NCBI RefSeq assembly: GCF_006345805.1
Contig: NC_043010.1
Span: 24,304,001-24,368,000, forward strand
DNA: 64,000 nucleotides
Origin: Octopus sinensis
Taxonomy: Eukaryota
Direction of reading: 5' to 3'
Below are positions 24,703 to 38,770 of the stretch, piece by piece. The stretch's first letter is position 1. Each line of letters begins with the position of its first letter. A program made the position numbers and the translations under genes. Under the pieces are notes generated by a model, which was given only the letters and a program-made list of their open reading frames with translations, made no database searches and had not been told where the DNA came from.

Positions 24703-25479
24703 TGTATGTATGTAGGCAATATACGGAAGCCTACTTTACATATTACCCTGGCTGTTATATCAGAATTGTTTTCATTTACCTCTCAACAATCAACTTGTAT
24801 TCAGACAACAAAACTCGTTATCTTTACTATTTGAGAACAACATAAATATATGCCGTGTGATAAATGCTACCCTGTGTTGTACGCTTAGTATTTAATGGTA
24901 TTTAACATAATTACTTTCTCTCTTATTGTTGATATCAATTTGACGTTATAGTTTCGTTGGTCTCAATGATAGCAAGACTGCTGGGTGAAGACAGTGTGAT
25001 ATCTTATCATTGCTATATTGTGCACAGGTCGTCAATAAAAGCAATATTGATAATTATAACATACAGCTATGTGATTGATTAGTATTCACAATCTTTCTTT
25101 TTCTCTCATTCCCTCTCTCTCTCGTTCTTATTCATTCTCTTCCTGTTTTCTCTCTTTCCCCACCTTCGATCTATCACGTGTGTGTATGTGTGTGTGTGGA
25201 TGTGTGATTGTATGTATCTACAAAAACACATCCACCCATACGTTTATATAAACATATATATGTGTCTGTGTGTGTGCGTGCGTGCGTGTGTAACTATGTA
25301 TGTATCTATCTATGTATGTATGCATATAATTATAAATTCTGTATGTGGTGTGTGCGTTTGCATATGAATATGTTCATATATACATATATATGTATGCACA
25401 TAACATACATATATATAGAGTAGTAGATGTGTATTTTTATGTATTCATGTATGTCATTATTCAGTTTATTTCTAGATTT

Positions 25480-26088
25480 CTTGCCAATAGAAAAAGGATC
25501 GGTTTAAAACCTACATTTAGGGCTCCTTCATTAGAACTTCAACATCAACAACAGAGTATTTTTGTTTGTATGTTTGTATGTATGTATCTATGTACGTAGG
25601 TATGGGTGTATATTTTATGTATGCATTCTTGTGCATATAGTTGCATATCTAGACATGCTTATTTATATTTAAATGATAAAATTCTGCAAAGTTTTATAGA
25701 TTTTTACGGTTCCAGCGATGGATTGGATCTGTAGTCTTCGAATTAGCTTTCTCTTTTCTGGTTTTGAGAAGCCTAATTTCTCAAGATTGTTATTTAGTCA
25801 TTGTGTTATATATCCCATGACCCCAATATTTACAGGTATAGACCTGGACTTGCAATCTTGATAGAGTAACTGCAGAATTTTCAATAGTTCAGCATAGGTG
25901 TTCTCTTTTTCACTGATCTTCAGCTTTATGTTAACATCCGTTGGGCAGCTTTTTTCCACAATTCTACACAATTTCCCTTCTCTCTCCCAAATCATTATAT
26001 CAGGTCTGTTGCGCTTACATTTTATTGAGGTCTTCACTGGGACATTCTACCAGTACTCCCTTTTATTATGAGTGGCAATAGCTTCTAC
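25480..26088 (-). mobile_element. 3' fragment of an RLE-type (R4/Dong-like) non-LTR retrotransposon
   Basis: KTSIKCKRNRPDIMIW..CRIVEKSCPTDVNI..EKENTYAEL..IPVNIGVMG, a PD-(D/E)xK restriction-like endonuclease domain. Confidence 0.75.
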
Positions 26089-27132
26089 CATATATATGTA
26101 TGAATGTATGTATGTATGTATGTATGTATGTATGTATGTATGTATGTATGTATGTATGTATGCATGTATGCATGTACGTAGTGGTCAGAATTTTAAGAAA
26201 TTCAGTCGAGTACTTCACTGAGCAGTGATATCCGGACTAACTGAATTCTTATTGTAGCCAAGATGGAGCAAATGTCTATCAGTGTGATACAGCTAGATGC
26301 AAGCATGATGTAATGTACAAAGATGAAGTGTAAAATTTGACGTGTGATTCCTTGGCAAGCGATTTGGTGTTCCGCACTCACGATTTGAAAATGTATCAAA
26401 TTTTTAATCTTTGTCCTAATTGATATGAAGAAACGGAATTGTATTTCTGTGTGCCAACGTACTGTTCCTGAAATTTGGGAAAACAGTAGGGAACAAGGGA
26501 TCGAGTAGCCCTGAAAAAGAAAAGATAATAAAAGGCCACACATTTGGGTTGAAAGTGTAGTAAATTTAACAGAGGTCAGCACATGATTAATGTTAATTGT
26601 TAATTATTTTGTCGATCATAGATTGGTGAAAATAACAAACTGGCCGCTGGATTTCAGAACAAACTCATAGAAATTTCGTTATGAAGCGTTGAACTAACGA
26701 ATCAACGGAGTAAGTAGACACAAGAATAGCTATAACAAGGTTTCAGTTTTCTGCGGCGGATGTCATGCTCATTAGTAATTTAAATCAGTCTTTAATATGT
26801 AAAACAGTACGGATTAGCTAATTGATAATATTGTGTGTGAGTGTGTGTTTGTCTGTCTGTCTGTATCTCTGTGTATGCATGTACTTGTATTTATGTGTGT
26901 GTTGAGAGACGATAGACAAATAGACACAACACGTTTATAGATACATAGATATTATATAGATCTATAGATAAATGTATATACAGATGCATTTACGTAGGTT
27001 GGACGATCGATAAAGATACATGGATACATAGATTGATAGAAATATATAGTCAGACAGACAGACAGGCATTTTGACAGACAGATATAAAATATGCTGACAC
27101 ACAGATAGATAGATAGATAGATAGATAGATAT

Positions 27133-27220
<88 letters not shown>

Positions 27221-27950
27221 GTAGACAAAGAACTTGCTAAATAAAGTATCCAGAAATAAATAAATCGACTTATAAAGTTTTCGTTCTCCGTTAAACTCTG
27301 CCAAGTCATAACGAAATCACAGAAGCATACAGGAAATCATCAAACGACGTGAAGTTTGATTTTTTTTTAAATCTATTATACTAACATCAAATAATACGAT
27401 AATCGATTGACTGATCAGTTCTTTTTAATGACCATCTTAATACCAATCAAGCTTTTTTCTTTCATAACACCAAAAACGCTCTATAGAAGTTTTGCTGACC
27501 TCTCATCAAAAAATATAAACATTTAAAGTTTATCTTGTAATAACACAACTGAACTAACGATGTTCCTAATATCTAATGTAATTATCTTTGTTTTACTACT
27601 TCTAAATTTTCTTTTCTTTCTAATTATTAATACTATTACTAAAATTTTGTCATTATTCTCTGAATGTTTGTTAGTTTCTTGTCTTTGTTCTGCCATTTTG
27701 CTTCGCTTTGTTTCATTAAATAGGCCATTGTAGGAAGTCTAAACTAATTACTCTGTAAACAATGGATCTCTGTAACAATGTATCAATAGTTAAACTCACA
27801 ATAAAATATTAAATAACTAAATTCTACTGTTTGTGCTTCCTTCACTTCAACAATTTCTTCCGACACTCTCGGCGTAACTCCATTGTTTGTTGAAATTCGA
27901 CACAAGACATCTTCATATATATAATATATATATATATATATAATATGTGT

Positions 27951-28028
<78 letters not shown>

Positions 28029-28146
28029 TGTATATATATATATATATTATATATATATATATTATATATATATATATGTAGGTCCCGGGTTGATTCGGGG
28101 TTAACCACAGTAAATAAGGTACTCAATACATAGCAGAGTAAAATTA

Positions 28147-28812
28147 ATTTATTATATAGAAGGAGCTTCTACAGGACTAGAACTGTTTCATTCAAGAGAA
28201 ATCTTCAGGAAGCTAGTTAACAAGAATTGTATTGGCATTTATACATTTAGGCAGGTTTAAAGGGGTGTTGGTGGGGGACTTTTTGGGGGTAGGCATAGCG
28301 CAAAATATCATACTTGGGGGAGTGGTCAAGGAGTCAGTGTTAAATTAGATAGAAGAATAAATAAAAAAATAATAAAATAAAAAAATCTATATATAAAAAA
28401 AAGGGGAATAGAGTTTTAGGTAAATAAGGAGATTCTCACTTATACCTATGCACACATGTATACATACATACACACACATACAAACATATATACATATACA
28501 TACACACATACATACACACACATATATATACATATATATACACATACACATACATATACATATCTACACATACACATATATGTATACATACACACACTCA
28601 CATGCATACACGTATACACACATGTATATATACACACACGACCACACATACATATACGCACAGAAAAATATATATACACATACACACACATACTCACATA
28701 CACGCATACACACACATATCCACACACACACATGCACACACAGCACACTAGTCCCTATATACACATATATACACATACACACATATATACACACACATAT
28801 ATACATACATAT

Positions 28813-28867
<55 letters not shown>

Positions 28868-29585
28868 CATATACATACATATATATGTGTACCTATGCAT
28901 ACCTACACATACACACATATATATACATGTATGTATATGTATGTATGTGTGTGTATATATGTGTGTATGTGTATATATGTGTATATAGGGACTAGTGTGC
29001 TGTGTGTGCATGTGTGTGTGTGTGTATGCGTGTATGTGAGTATGTGTGTGTATGTGTATATATATTTTTCTGTGCGTATATGTATGTGTGGTCGTGTGTG
29101 TATATATACATGTGTGTATACGTGTATGCATGTGAGTGTGTGTATGTATACATATATGTGTATGTGTAGATATGTATATGTATGTGTATGTGTATATATA
29201 TGTATATATATGTGTGTGTATGTATGTGTGTATGTATATGTATATATGTTTGTATGTGTGTGTATGTATGTATACATGTGTGCATAGGTATAAGTGAGAA
29301 TCTCCTTATTTACCTAAAACTCTATTCCCCTTTTTTTATATATAGATTTTTTTATTTTATTATTTTTTTATTTATTCTTCTATCTAATTTAACACTGACT
29401 CCTTGACCACTCCCCCAAGTATGATATTTTGCGCTATGCCTACCCCCAAAAAGTCCCCCACCAACACCCCTTTAAACCTGCCTAAATGTATAAATGCCAA
29501 TACAATTCTTGTTAACTAGCTTCCTGAAGATTTCTCTTGAATGAAACAGTTCTAGTCCTGTAGAAGCTCCTTCTATATAATAAAT
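28147..29585. repeat. Long near-perfect inverted repeat (arms about 28147-28830 and 28918-29585, spacer about 90 bp)
   Basis: 28147-28460 is the reverse complement of about 29270-29585; the inner CA/TA mosaic is also mirrored (cagcacactagtccctat vs atagggactagtgtgctg). Confidence 0.95.
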
Positions 29586-29587
29586 AT

Positions 29588-29686
<99 letters not shown>

Positions 29687-30340
29687 ATATATGAATGTAT
29701 GTACTGGTAGGTATGTATACGTATATACGTGAATATATATATACACGTATACACATTTATATATATTTCAACAGTTCCACATATATTGGTGGCATCCTTT
29801 TTGTCTCGGGAGACAATGGAGTTGCGCATAAAATAATCTAATATATATATGCATCATATTATGTAGACAGGAGCACACATGTCAAGGGGGGATAAAAATT
29901 TTAATAAACACTTTGTGGTTTAGATCCCCATTAGTCAAACATTCAAACGTAAGCCACTTCTGATTGTTAAAATGGCGTTGATTCTTTTATGATTCCTGAT
30001 ACGAAGACGAATACCGAAAAAGACTGATTGACAATGTAGCAATACTCTACCATACACTGTACACCTTTTATATCTCGAACCGTGAAATACGCTGTTATAA
30101 TAGGATATGGGAGCATAATGTAAATTGTTGAAGAGATGCCATGAGACAAGAAAGAAGTACGCAATACTTGAAAGCAGAGTTGAGTATTTTTTAAATTTTA
30201 TTCATGTCGGGAGTATTCGAGAATGGGTCCAGATATGTCTAATAAATGCAAATCTAGTAACAATACAATGTAATTCAAGTCATTACTAATTTTCGGTTGA
30301 GTTTAAATGAAACTCAGAGTAACGTAGCTTTCATTGATAA

Positions 30341-30728
30341 TCTCTCTATATATAAAGCTGAAGTTTGTGTATGGCAGGTTTGGTAGCCTTCAACTAACAC
30401 TATCTCCTCTGAGACCCTGCGGCGCAAGTTGACCAAAATTGAGAGTATGATAGAAGAAGGCTTGTTCTTCATTCTGTAGGAGATAAAATTCAAATCGGAC
30501 CATGATAAGACCAAAAATTATCTACATCAAAAAGGTGATTTTTTCTATGAAAATCTCTATTTTTTACGATTTTTTTACTGCTGTGTTGCCATTTTTCGGT
30601 GTATTTCAACCAGAAAAATGTTCACTTAAAGCGAACAACAAGCTGCATAATGCAAAAGTTTTACTTTTCAAAAATTCCAATTCTAAATGGTCGAAACAAA
30701 CCCGAGCAACGCCGGGCGATACTGCTAG
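30341..30728 (+). mobile_element. Non-autonomous Helitron
   Basis: A|TCtctctatatataaagctg ... acccgagcaacgccgggcgatactgCTAG|T. Confidence 0.8.
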
Positions 30729-31324
30729 TATACTTTAAAAGTAAATTCAGTAGAGAAAAGCGTTGAAGCCGGTAATTTCATCAGGAAGTTGTTCAAAGTC
30801 CGAAAACTGCCAGGATTGAAACCTAGCAGAATATTGCTGAGTTATTTTGATAGGACATAAGTATTTGTTACATACGCGAAAGATTACGTTACATACAAAG
30901 AATTGCAAGTGAAGCGATAGTCTAAAGCTATTAAGATTGGTTTTGTGCTACAGAAAATCTACGCAGTGGAATTTTAAATGTGGCTGAATAAAAATCCTAT
31001 TGATTAAATGCTCTCTTGCTGTCAAAATCTTGAAATATCTGAACAATCAGATGAGATTTGATGTGAGATAAACTTTGAGTAAGTCACACACTTGACATAA
31101 TTTTTGAAGCTCATCGGCATGTATCAGGTCCATTGATATAACCACTCCACACCTTAATGAATGCTATCTGTAGACGAAAATAATTTAAACATGAATATGT
31201 AGCCTTCATTTTCTTTTTTTTTTCTGCTTCCTCTACATTTTGCAGTGTTTTAGTATTTTCCGATTTTATTTTTTACAAGCCTTGCATTTTTGGTAATTTT
31301 TCATGTTTTTGCTCCTAGTGTTTT

Positions 31325-31632
31325 TTCTTGTTGTTTGTTCCTTCTCAAGCCATGCCTGACTCATAGGACCGGTTTCCCGCTTTCCTTGGCGTATAGGTTC
31401 CCCACCTGGACGGGACGCCGGTCCGTCGCAGGTGAGCTGCAAGATGCAGGAGGAAAATGTGTGAGAAAGTTGTGGCAAGTGTCAGCAGAAGTTCGCCATT
31501 ACCTTCTGCCGGAGCCGCGTGGAGCTTAGGTGTTTCGCTCATAAATACACACATCGTCCGGTTTGAGATTCGAACCCGCAATCCCTCAACCGCGAGTCCG
31601 CTGCTCTAACCACTAGGCCATGTGCCTCCACA
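31325..31632 (-). mobile_element. tRNA-derived SINE (family D-type head, alternative tail)
   Basis: Minus strand: gtggaggcacatggcctagtggttagagc..gggttcgaatc..gacggaccggcgtcccgtccagg..gaaggaacaaacaacaa. Confidence 0.85.
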
Positions 31633-32483
31633 CAGTGTTTTGTCTTACTTACTCATATTCTTCTTCACTCTATCTCGCACCTTATTTCTGTTTCTTCTTG
31701 TGTCTATTATTGTCAATTTGAGGCGCTTCATTTTCTTTTTCTTTCTCTTCACGCCAAACATCGACTTCTTTTTATACTAATCATTGAGTAAGAATTTATT
31801 TTCTTGTTTGACTTGATTTATATTTGAACCCAGAACCATATGGTTGGGAAGCAAGTTTCTTACCATACAGTACGCCTGCGCCTACGTTGTATTATTGTTG
31901 CGTTGTTTGCCTAACTTTCTCTTCTTAAGCCAAACATCACGGCTTTTCATTGTCGTCTCTTTGCGTAAACATGGTGAATGAGAGGCACGTACTTAATTGC
32001 AATGAGAAAATTAATTAATAGAAATAATCTATAAACAAAAATCATATTCAAAATGCTAGCATAGTCTGGCGTTTCGTTAATGTTTGAATTTGTGCCGAAA
32101 GCGCTGTCTGGTTATATATGTAATGAGATACTGAAAAGAAATATCGGAGAGGAGGGAGAGTTTAATTAAAAAAGCAGAAACAGAAAAACACAATCGCTTC
32201 TTCTAATCTGACTCACCAATAAAGTTTTAATTATACTTACCAAGCAATAATACGTTATACTTTACGATTTTGTAATCATAACGATGCTTAATGAGATAAA
32301 TGCAAATGTCGGACTGAGAGAGATCGAATTTAAAGAAAACAATTGTTTCTGCTTAGCTAACGATTACTTACGAATGCTTAATCATAAAATTAAGATTAAT
32401 TATTATAAATAATGTACGAAGACGAAGACGAAACAAAGATTCAAGAAGTCCGTTATAGTTTTCTTCTTTGTAAAATTTCAGTG

Positions 32484-32612
32484 GAGGCACGCGGCTTAGT
32501 GATTAGTGTGTCAGCACCATGATCGTAAGAGTGTGGTTTCGATTCCTGGCCCGGGCGACGCGTTTTGTTCTTACGTTGCCCCAGTTCACTCAGCTGGCAA
32601 AAATGAGTAACG
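32484..32612 (+). mobile_element. Partial tRNA-derived SINE (C-like)
   Basis: ggaggcacgcggcttagtg..ggtttcgattcc..ccccagttcactcagctggc. Confidence 0.65.
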
Positions 32613-32834
32613 CCACAAAAACCGGAAGCCTGGCTAGGCTTGATAGGGGCGACGTTTATCGTTTTTGCAAGATTACACCAATCAACAATAATTTATTGGT
32701 AATCATGAAATTGATCAAAGGAAATGATTAATGAAGAATAAAAGATTGTAGAGCTGAGATGCTTTCTGCTTTAAAAAATTTAAATAATCTGCTGAAATCT
32801 CTTGCATGACGACATACGTTATGAAGCATCGGTT

Positions 32835-33563
32835 TCAAGTTTTGGCACAAGGCCAGCAAGTTATGGGGAGGCGGTAAGTCGATCATATCGACCCCACTGA
32901 ACAATTGGAACTTATTTTATCGACTCCAATGCTCTTTTCTACTCTAGGCACAAGGCCCGAAATTTTGGGGGAGGGGATCAGCCAATTAGATCGACCCCAG
33001 TACGCAACTGGTACATAATTTATTGACCTCGAAAAGATGAAAGGCAAAGTCGACCTCGGCGGAATTTGAACTCAGAACGTAAGGGCTGACGAAATACCTA
33101 TTTCTATTTCTTTACTACCCACAAGGGTCTAAACACAGAGGGGACAAACAAGGACAGACAAACGGATTAAGTCGATTACATCGACCCCAGTGCTTAACTG
33201 GTACTTAATTTATCGACCCTGAAAGGATGAAAGGCAAAGTCGACCTCGGCGGAATTTGAACTCAGAACGTAACGGCTGACGAAATACTGCTAAGCATTTC
33301 GCCCGGCGTGCTAACGATTCTACCAGCTCGCCGCCTTCTTACATCGACCCCAATGCCCATCTGGAACTTAACTTACCGACCCTAATGCCCGTCTGGAACT
33401 TATTTTATCGACCCCACTGCCAATCTGGAGCTTATTTTATCGATCCCGGAACGATGAAAGGTAAAATCAGCTTTGGCAGAATTTAAACACAGACTGTAAA
33501 GCGGACGAAATGCCCGTTAAGCGTTATCGCCGGCGTTTTAACGATTCTGTTAGCTCGCCGACT
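32835..33563 (-). mobile_element. Cluster of about four same-orientation SINE family B copies or fragments
   Basis: Repeated aaggcaaagtcgacctcggcggaatttgaactcagaacg at about 33040 and 33230; internal atcgacccc triplication near 33340-33430. Confidence 0.85.
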
Positions 33564-35233
33564 TACGTAATGGAAAATTAAGAGTAAATTTTTGGAGCAT
33601 GAGATATTAGTTTTAAAAATTCATTCTGCTTGTGGGAGACGCCAAGGAACAAATTACTATGTTTACCGAGGAACAAATTACGAAACAATCTGTGTACCGT
33701 ACCTCCTGTATATACACTACTGAAATGTACGCTGTTGCGGTTTTCACCCGAGAGGAAATTTTGTGTAGTGTAAAAAGAGGAATTTATGTCAGAGCGAGGC
33801 GAACAACATTTCAATAATGAATCAGGAGAACGCCAGATGCATTTCAGCCTCTGTGTGACTTGTCTAAGACGTGCGCCCATAAGTCAAATGCCTAAACGAA
33901 ATTGACCCCTCCGTTGTATCGAAAACATTGAAAAATACATTCAGTGATACTGCGGAAAGGTTTTGAGGTTGTAATAAACTGCATGTATGCAATTGAAACA
34001 ACATTAAATTAAAATAACAACCTGCGTAATATACAATGCTATATAACCTATTAAAATGCATAGTGTGGTAGTGGATAAAGGCTCAAAAAGTACGAAACGC
34101 GTCTAGCGTTTCGCGGGTTACTGTCGAGATGATATTTGCCTCGCTTCAAAATATATTTCGTTTTAAAAACAGTATGCATATGAATAGATATTCTCTCAGA
34201 CGGAAACCACAGCATCATGCCTTTCAGTGGTGTATATTTTTTATATATCGGACACAGAGGACGGCTTTTATTTGATGCTGTTTCAATCGCATACAGCGAA
34301 TATATGTTTACGTATTTGTAATCATGACGAAGTTTCGAGATTTCAGTCTTGAATCGAAAGCGCTGATTGGCTGCTACTGTCAGTAAGTGTTATAAGGATT
34401 AGTCTAAAATCGAATGTATTTGTGTCTGAATAAGTGATAGCTATCATATATTATATATATGTTCTGTAGGGAATTCTGATTTCTCTTTCTCTCGACAAAA
34501 TAAAGATAATAGATAGGGGATAATACTAGGAGATAAGTCAACTGAAATAATTCATATATAAGATGGGCTTTGGTAACGTAGGTCTAGCATAGACATTAGC
34601 ACTATATGGGAGCTTTCAATGTAGAAAAAACGGAAGATTAAGCTCTCGATTTAAGATAGGTTTGAATTTTAAAATAGGCACCGGACTTAACACTATAAGT
34701 ACAGACTTGTCCGCCTAAATGCCTTCAAGGCGGCGCCCCAGCATGGCCGAGTTGAAAGGACTGGAAAAGTAAAAGATAAAAGAAATAATGATTATATTCA
34801 TAGCCGAAATGTTAGCAACCTTGTTGGTTTCTTATAAAATAGAAGAAACCCAAATGGTAAGCAAAAACTGGTTTTAAATACAGGATTCTGTTTAGTTGTT
34901 TAGTACATCTGTGAGACGGTGTAATGGCCTTAAAGTTTGTACGTTGAGGGGATTATCTTGTGGGTGAATCTTTAAGCAGCAGTACATATGTAGTATGTTA
35001 AACTCTCGTTCCTTGTATTCGAAAGCAACATATATTTTTTGAAGGTCTACAGTGCTAATTTATATAATTTGAATGTGTGCAGTGATTTCTTTGAGAGATT
35101 CCTGGTTTGCACGCCAAAGTCCTTGCCATAGAAGTAGGCGCCGGTGTATACGACTGTGTGTGTGAGTGAGTGTGTGTGTGTGTGTGTGTGTGTGCGTGTG
35201 TGCGTGCGTGTGTGTGCAGGCTCGTGTGTCTGT

Positions 35234-35560
35234 AGGCGCATGGCTCAGTGGTTAGAGCGTCGATCGTGACGTTATGAGTTCGAATCCCGGACCGGGCTAC
35301 GTGTTGTGTTCTTGGGCAAGACACTTTATTTCACGTTGCTCCAGTTCACTCAGCTGTAGAAATGAGTTGCGACGTCACAGGTGCCAAGCTGTATCGGCAC
35401 CTTTGCTTTTCCCTTGGATAACATCGGTGGCATGGAGAGGAGGGGCTTGTATGCATGGGCGACTGCTGGTCTTCCATAAACAGCCTTGCTTGGACTTGTG
35501 CCTGGGAGGGTAACTTTCTAGGCGCAATCCCAGGGTCAGTCATGACCGAACGGGGTCTCA
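35234..35560 (+). mobile_element. tRNA-derived SINE family C
   Basis: Colinear with 9503-9822; boxes A and B present. Confidence 0.9.
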
Positions 35561-36129
35561 GCAGTCTTGTATGTGTGTGTGTGTAGGCGCGTGTGAATGT
35601 GTGTGCGCGAGAGCGTGAATATGTGTGTGTGCGCGCGCGCAAACATGCATACGATCTCATAAAAAACACTGCTTCTAGAACGAGAACCCTAAACCCAATG
35701 ACCAGCATTTCCAACTGGATCTGGTCCAGAATGAATCACAGAAAACTCCAGAAGTTAGAATCTTCACGTTGGGTTAAACTGGTTCCCAAGACCAAAGTGT
35801 TTACAACATCCAAAGGGACATGACTCAGGGGCACCCGACCCCTTAGAAAGCTGCAGGTTACAACTGAAATATAATCAAGAAATCTAGCAGCTGACTTGTA
35901 TCCTGGATTCACGATCTGAATGCGGAGTGGCCCCCCCTTCTGAAGTGTATTTTAATGCGAGGCATTCATTTTGGATTAATAAATATTTTTAGGTATTTTA
36001 GACTTATTATTAAGTTGTCTTTCCTCAACAGCGCTACACAGGTCTTTTCTAAATCACTAGGTTTTGTTTTATATTCCGCAATATTTCAAGCAAACTACGA
36101 AACAACTCCCCCATATCTCTCTATATAGG

Positions 36130-36492
36130 AGCACTCCGTCGGTTACGATGACAAGTATCTCAGTTGATACGATCAACGGAACAGCTTACTCCTGAAATTA
36201 ACGTGCAAGTGGTTGAGCACTCGACAGACATGTGTACCTTTAACGTTGTTCTCGGGGAGATTCAGCATGCCACAGAGTGTGACAATGCTAGCCCTTTGAA
36301 ATACAGGCATAACAGAAACAGGAAGAAAGAGTGAGAGAAAGTTATGGTGAAAGGGTACAGCAGGGTTCGCCACCACACCCTGCCGGATCCTCCTGGAGCT
36401 TTAGGTGGTTTCGCTAATAAACAAACTCAACGCCCGATCTGGGAATCGAAACCACGATCCTACGACTGCGAGTCCGCTGCCCTAACCACTGT
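36130..36492 (-). mobile_element. tRNA-derived SINE family D
   Basis: Reverse complement of the 37531 and 42168 copies. Confidence 0.88.
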
Positions 36493-36904
36493 GTACTTTG
36501 ATATAAAGCAAACTATAATGCAGTCAGCTCCTCAGTGTTATGTTTGAAAGAAAAGGTGTTCTTTTCATATTTAAATACACTTCTACACGAGGAATCACGA
36601 AATGTGTTGCGCATCAACATCCAGGAGGATGTTGATCGAAGTCCAATAGGCATATTGTCTCAGGACACGAGAACATTACCATCGGAAATTGCTCAATTAA
36701 AAGAGAGAAACAAAAAAAAAAGAAGACGAAAGACATTGAAAATCAATAAGGAAGAAGAAAGATTTGTTTGAACTCTGCTTAGCGATCGACAATGAACAGT
36801 CTTTGCTGTCATGAGCAGTAAACAACATCGTAGGAATGGAGTCGTTTTAACTGGAATATATTGTTGTCTACATATGAACAACACATTTCTTAACCTTTCT
36901 CTCG

Positions 36905-36983
<79 letters not shown>

Positions 36984-37227
36984 ACACACACAGAGTCCTG
37001 ATCAAATTACACTCGTTAATTTTCAGTACAAACTTCCGCCTTAAAGGAAAATATGGAGAAAATAGAAAGTCAGCCTCGAATTGGTTTATCAGTCTCTCGA
37101 GAGTTTTCGTGATAAAAGTATATTAAAAATTTATGGTAAACAGCAAGACTTATTCAGGTGTGAAGGCAATAAATAAAGATCTAAATACATCAACAAAACA
37201 CAGTTAACAAGAATCTTAAACAAGCTC

Positions 37228-37389
37228 TTACAGGACCTGAAATATAACGATAAAATTGTGATACGTAAAAGCAATAAGAGCGATCAGTTTGTTATTATCA
37301 ACAAAGGCGAATACGCAGCAAAAATCGACAAAACATTTTATGATGACACAAATTCGTTAGTATTAAGAAAGGTAGTAACAAAACACTAG
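37228..37389 (+). pseudogene. Decayed PLE RT N-terminal fragment
   Basis: Reads QDLKYNDKIVIRKSNKSDQFVIINKGEYAAKI, resembling the PLE motif L..N..IVI.KADKG..VI.DK.DY..K. Confidence 0.5.
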
Positions 37390-37510
37390 AGGGCAGGGAA
37401 CGGCAAAAGGTGTTCAAAGAAGGACCCTGACCTAATGTATTTCAGTCGTTAACCCCTTATATTCAACATACATATTTACAAACATATACGCATACAAGCA
37501 CATATAGTGG

Positions 37511-37877
37511 ATGCTTACACTAATGCTTCAGTGGAGGCGCAATGGCCCAGTGGTTAGGGTAGCGGACTCGTGGTTGTAGGATCACGGTTTCGATTCCCAG
37601 ACCGGGTGTTGTGAGTGTTTTTAGCGAAAACACCTAAGGTTCCACGAGGCTCCGGCAAGGGATGGTGGTGAACCCTGCTGTACTCTTTTACCGCAACTTT
37701 CTCTGACTCTTTTTTCCTGTTTCTGTCGCATCTGTGTCACGCTGAATCTCCCCAAGAACTACGTTAAGGGGACGTGTGTCTGTAGCGTGCTCAGCAACTT
37801 GCTTGTTAATTTCACGAGAAAGGCTGTTTCGCTGATCGGAAAAACTGGAACACTCGTCGTCGCAACCGACAGAGTCG
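37511..37877 (+). mobile_element. tRNA-derived SINE family D with 20-nt leader
   Basis: gtggaggcgcaatggcccagtggttaggg..ggtttcgattccc..gaactacgttaaggg. Confidence 0.9.
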
Positions 37878-37934
37878 CACGTTTAAAGTACACTGCTTTG
37901 CAATGCACGAGAGAAAACTAAGTAGAAATTCATT

Positions 37935-38046
37935 TGTGGCAAATAGCTTGCTTACCAACCATACAGTTCTGCGAACGTGTCTTCTGCTCGGGCCGACCAA
38001 AGCCATGTGAGTGGATTTGGTAGACGGAAACTGAAAGAAGCCCATC

Positions 38047-38090
<44 letters not shown>

Positions 38091-38295
38091 ATTTGTGTGT
38101 CTGTTTCTCTTCCCATCATCACTTGACAGCCAATGCTGGTGTGTTTACGTCTTCGTAACTTATTGGTTCGGCAAAAGAAAACGATGAAATAAGCACTAGG
38201 CACACAAAGAAAACGTCCTGGAGTCGACTTGTTCGACTAAAGGCGGTTCTCAAGCATGACAGCAGTCAGATGACTGAAACATTTACAGGAGATAA
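37935..38295 (+). mobile_element. SINE family A (internally deleted head)
   Basis: gcttgcttaccaacca..gtgagtggatttggtagacggaaactgaaagaagccc..cgactaaaggcggttctcaagcatg. Confidence 0.85.
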
Positions 38296-38770
38296 AAGAG
38301 AAAGAGATACCCGTTAGCATTAACATCTTATATACATTTCCATGAAAAATATTTCAACGATGAAAGTTTTATTAATACCAGAACACTGATAAAAATCAAT
38401 ACAGAGAAATAAACAAGATCAATGCATGTGAAATACCCTGCGAACCTTATGCGATCACTGCCTTGTTAAGAAATTTTATTTCCATGATTTTTTGCTGCCG
38501 ATTGTAAAAGGTGCGACCAATGTGATGTACCTGTTATTTCTGTCAAATGATGATGCAAAGAAGGTCTTGAAAACTTCACATTTAGGAACGCCATAGTTTT
38601 GAACTAAACATAAAGAACACACGAAGATAAATTTAATATGAAGATTTAACCTCGAACATAACTATGTGGTCAATAACATGTGTGAATATGTATTTATCAA
38701 TCTTTTTAGCTCTCCATCTATGTATGCATGCATGTATGTATGTATATATATAAATATATACATATATATA

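Noticed and set aside
26230-26340. Possible small host exons (here and at about 43785-43900) with AG/GT-like borders
   Set aside because: No recognisable protein similarity and in-frame stops nearby; cannot be supported without transcript data.
28448-29287. 279-aa His/Thr/Tyr/Ile-rich ORF and overlapping ORFs
   Set aside because: Translation of CA/TA microsatellite mosaic inside the palindrome; these repeats rarely contain stop codons.
29518-29568. Hammerhead-like motif in the palindrome arms as a functional ribozyme
   Set aside because: Core words are present but stem II has a U.U closing pair, stem III is bulged and stem I is offset by 5 nt; mentioned only as a relic.
34095-34116. GAAACGCGTC hammerhead-like half and 8-bp hairpin cgaaacgc/gcgtttcg
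   Set aside because: No CUGANGA core upstream; probably a chance hairpin or unrecognisable relic.
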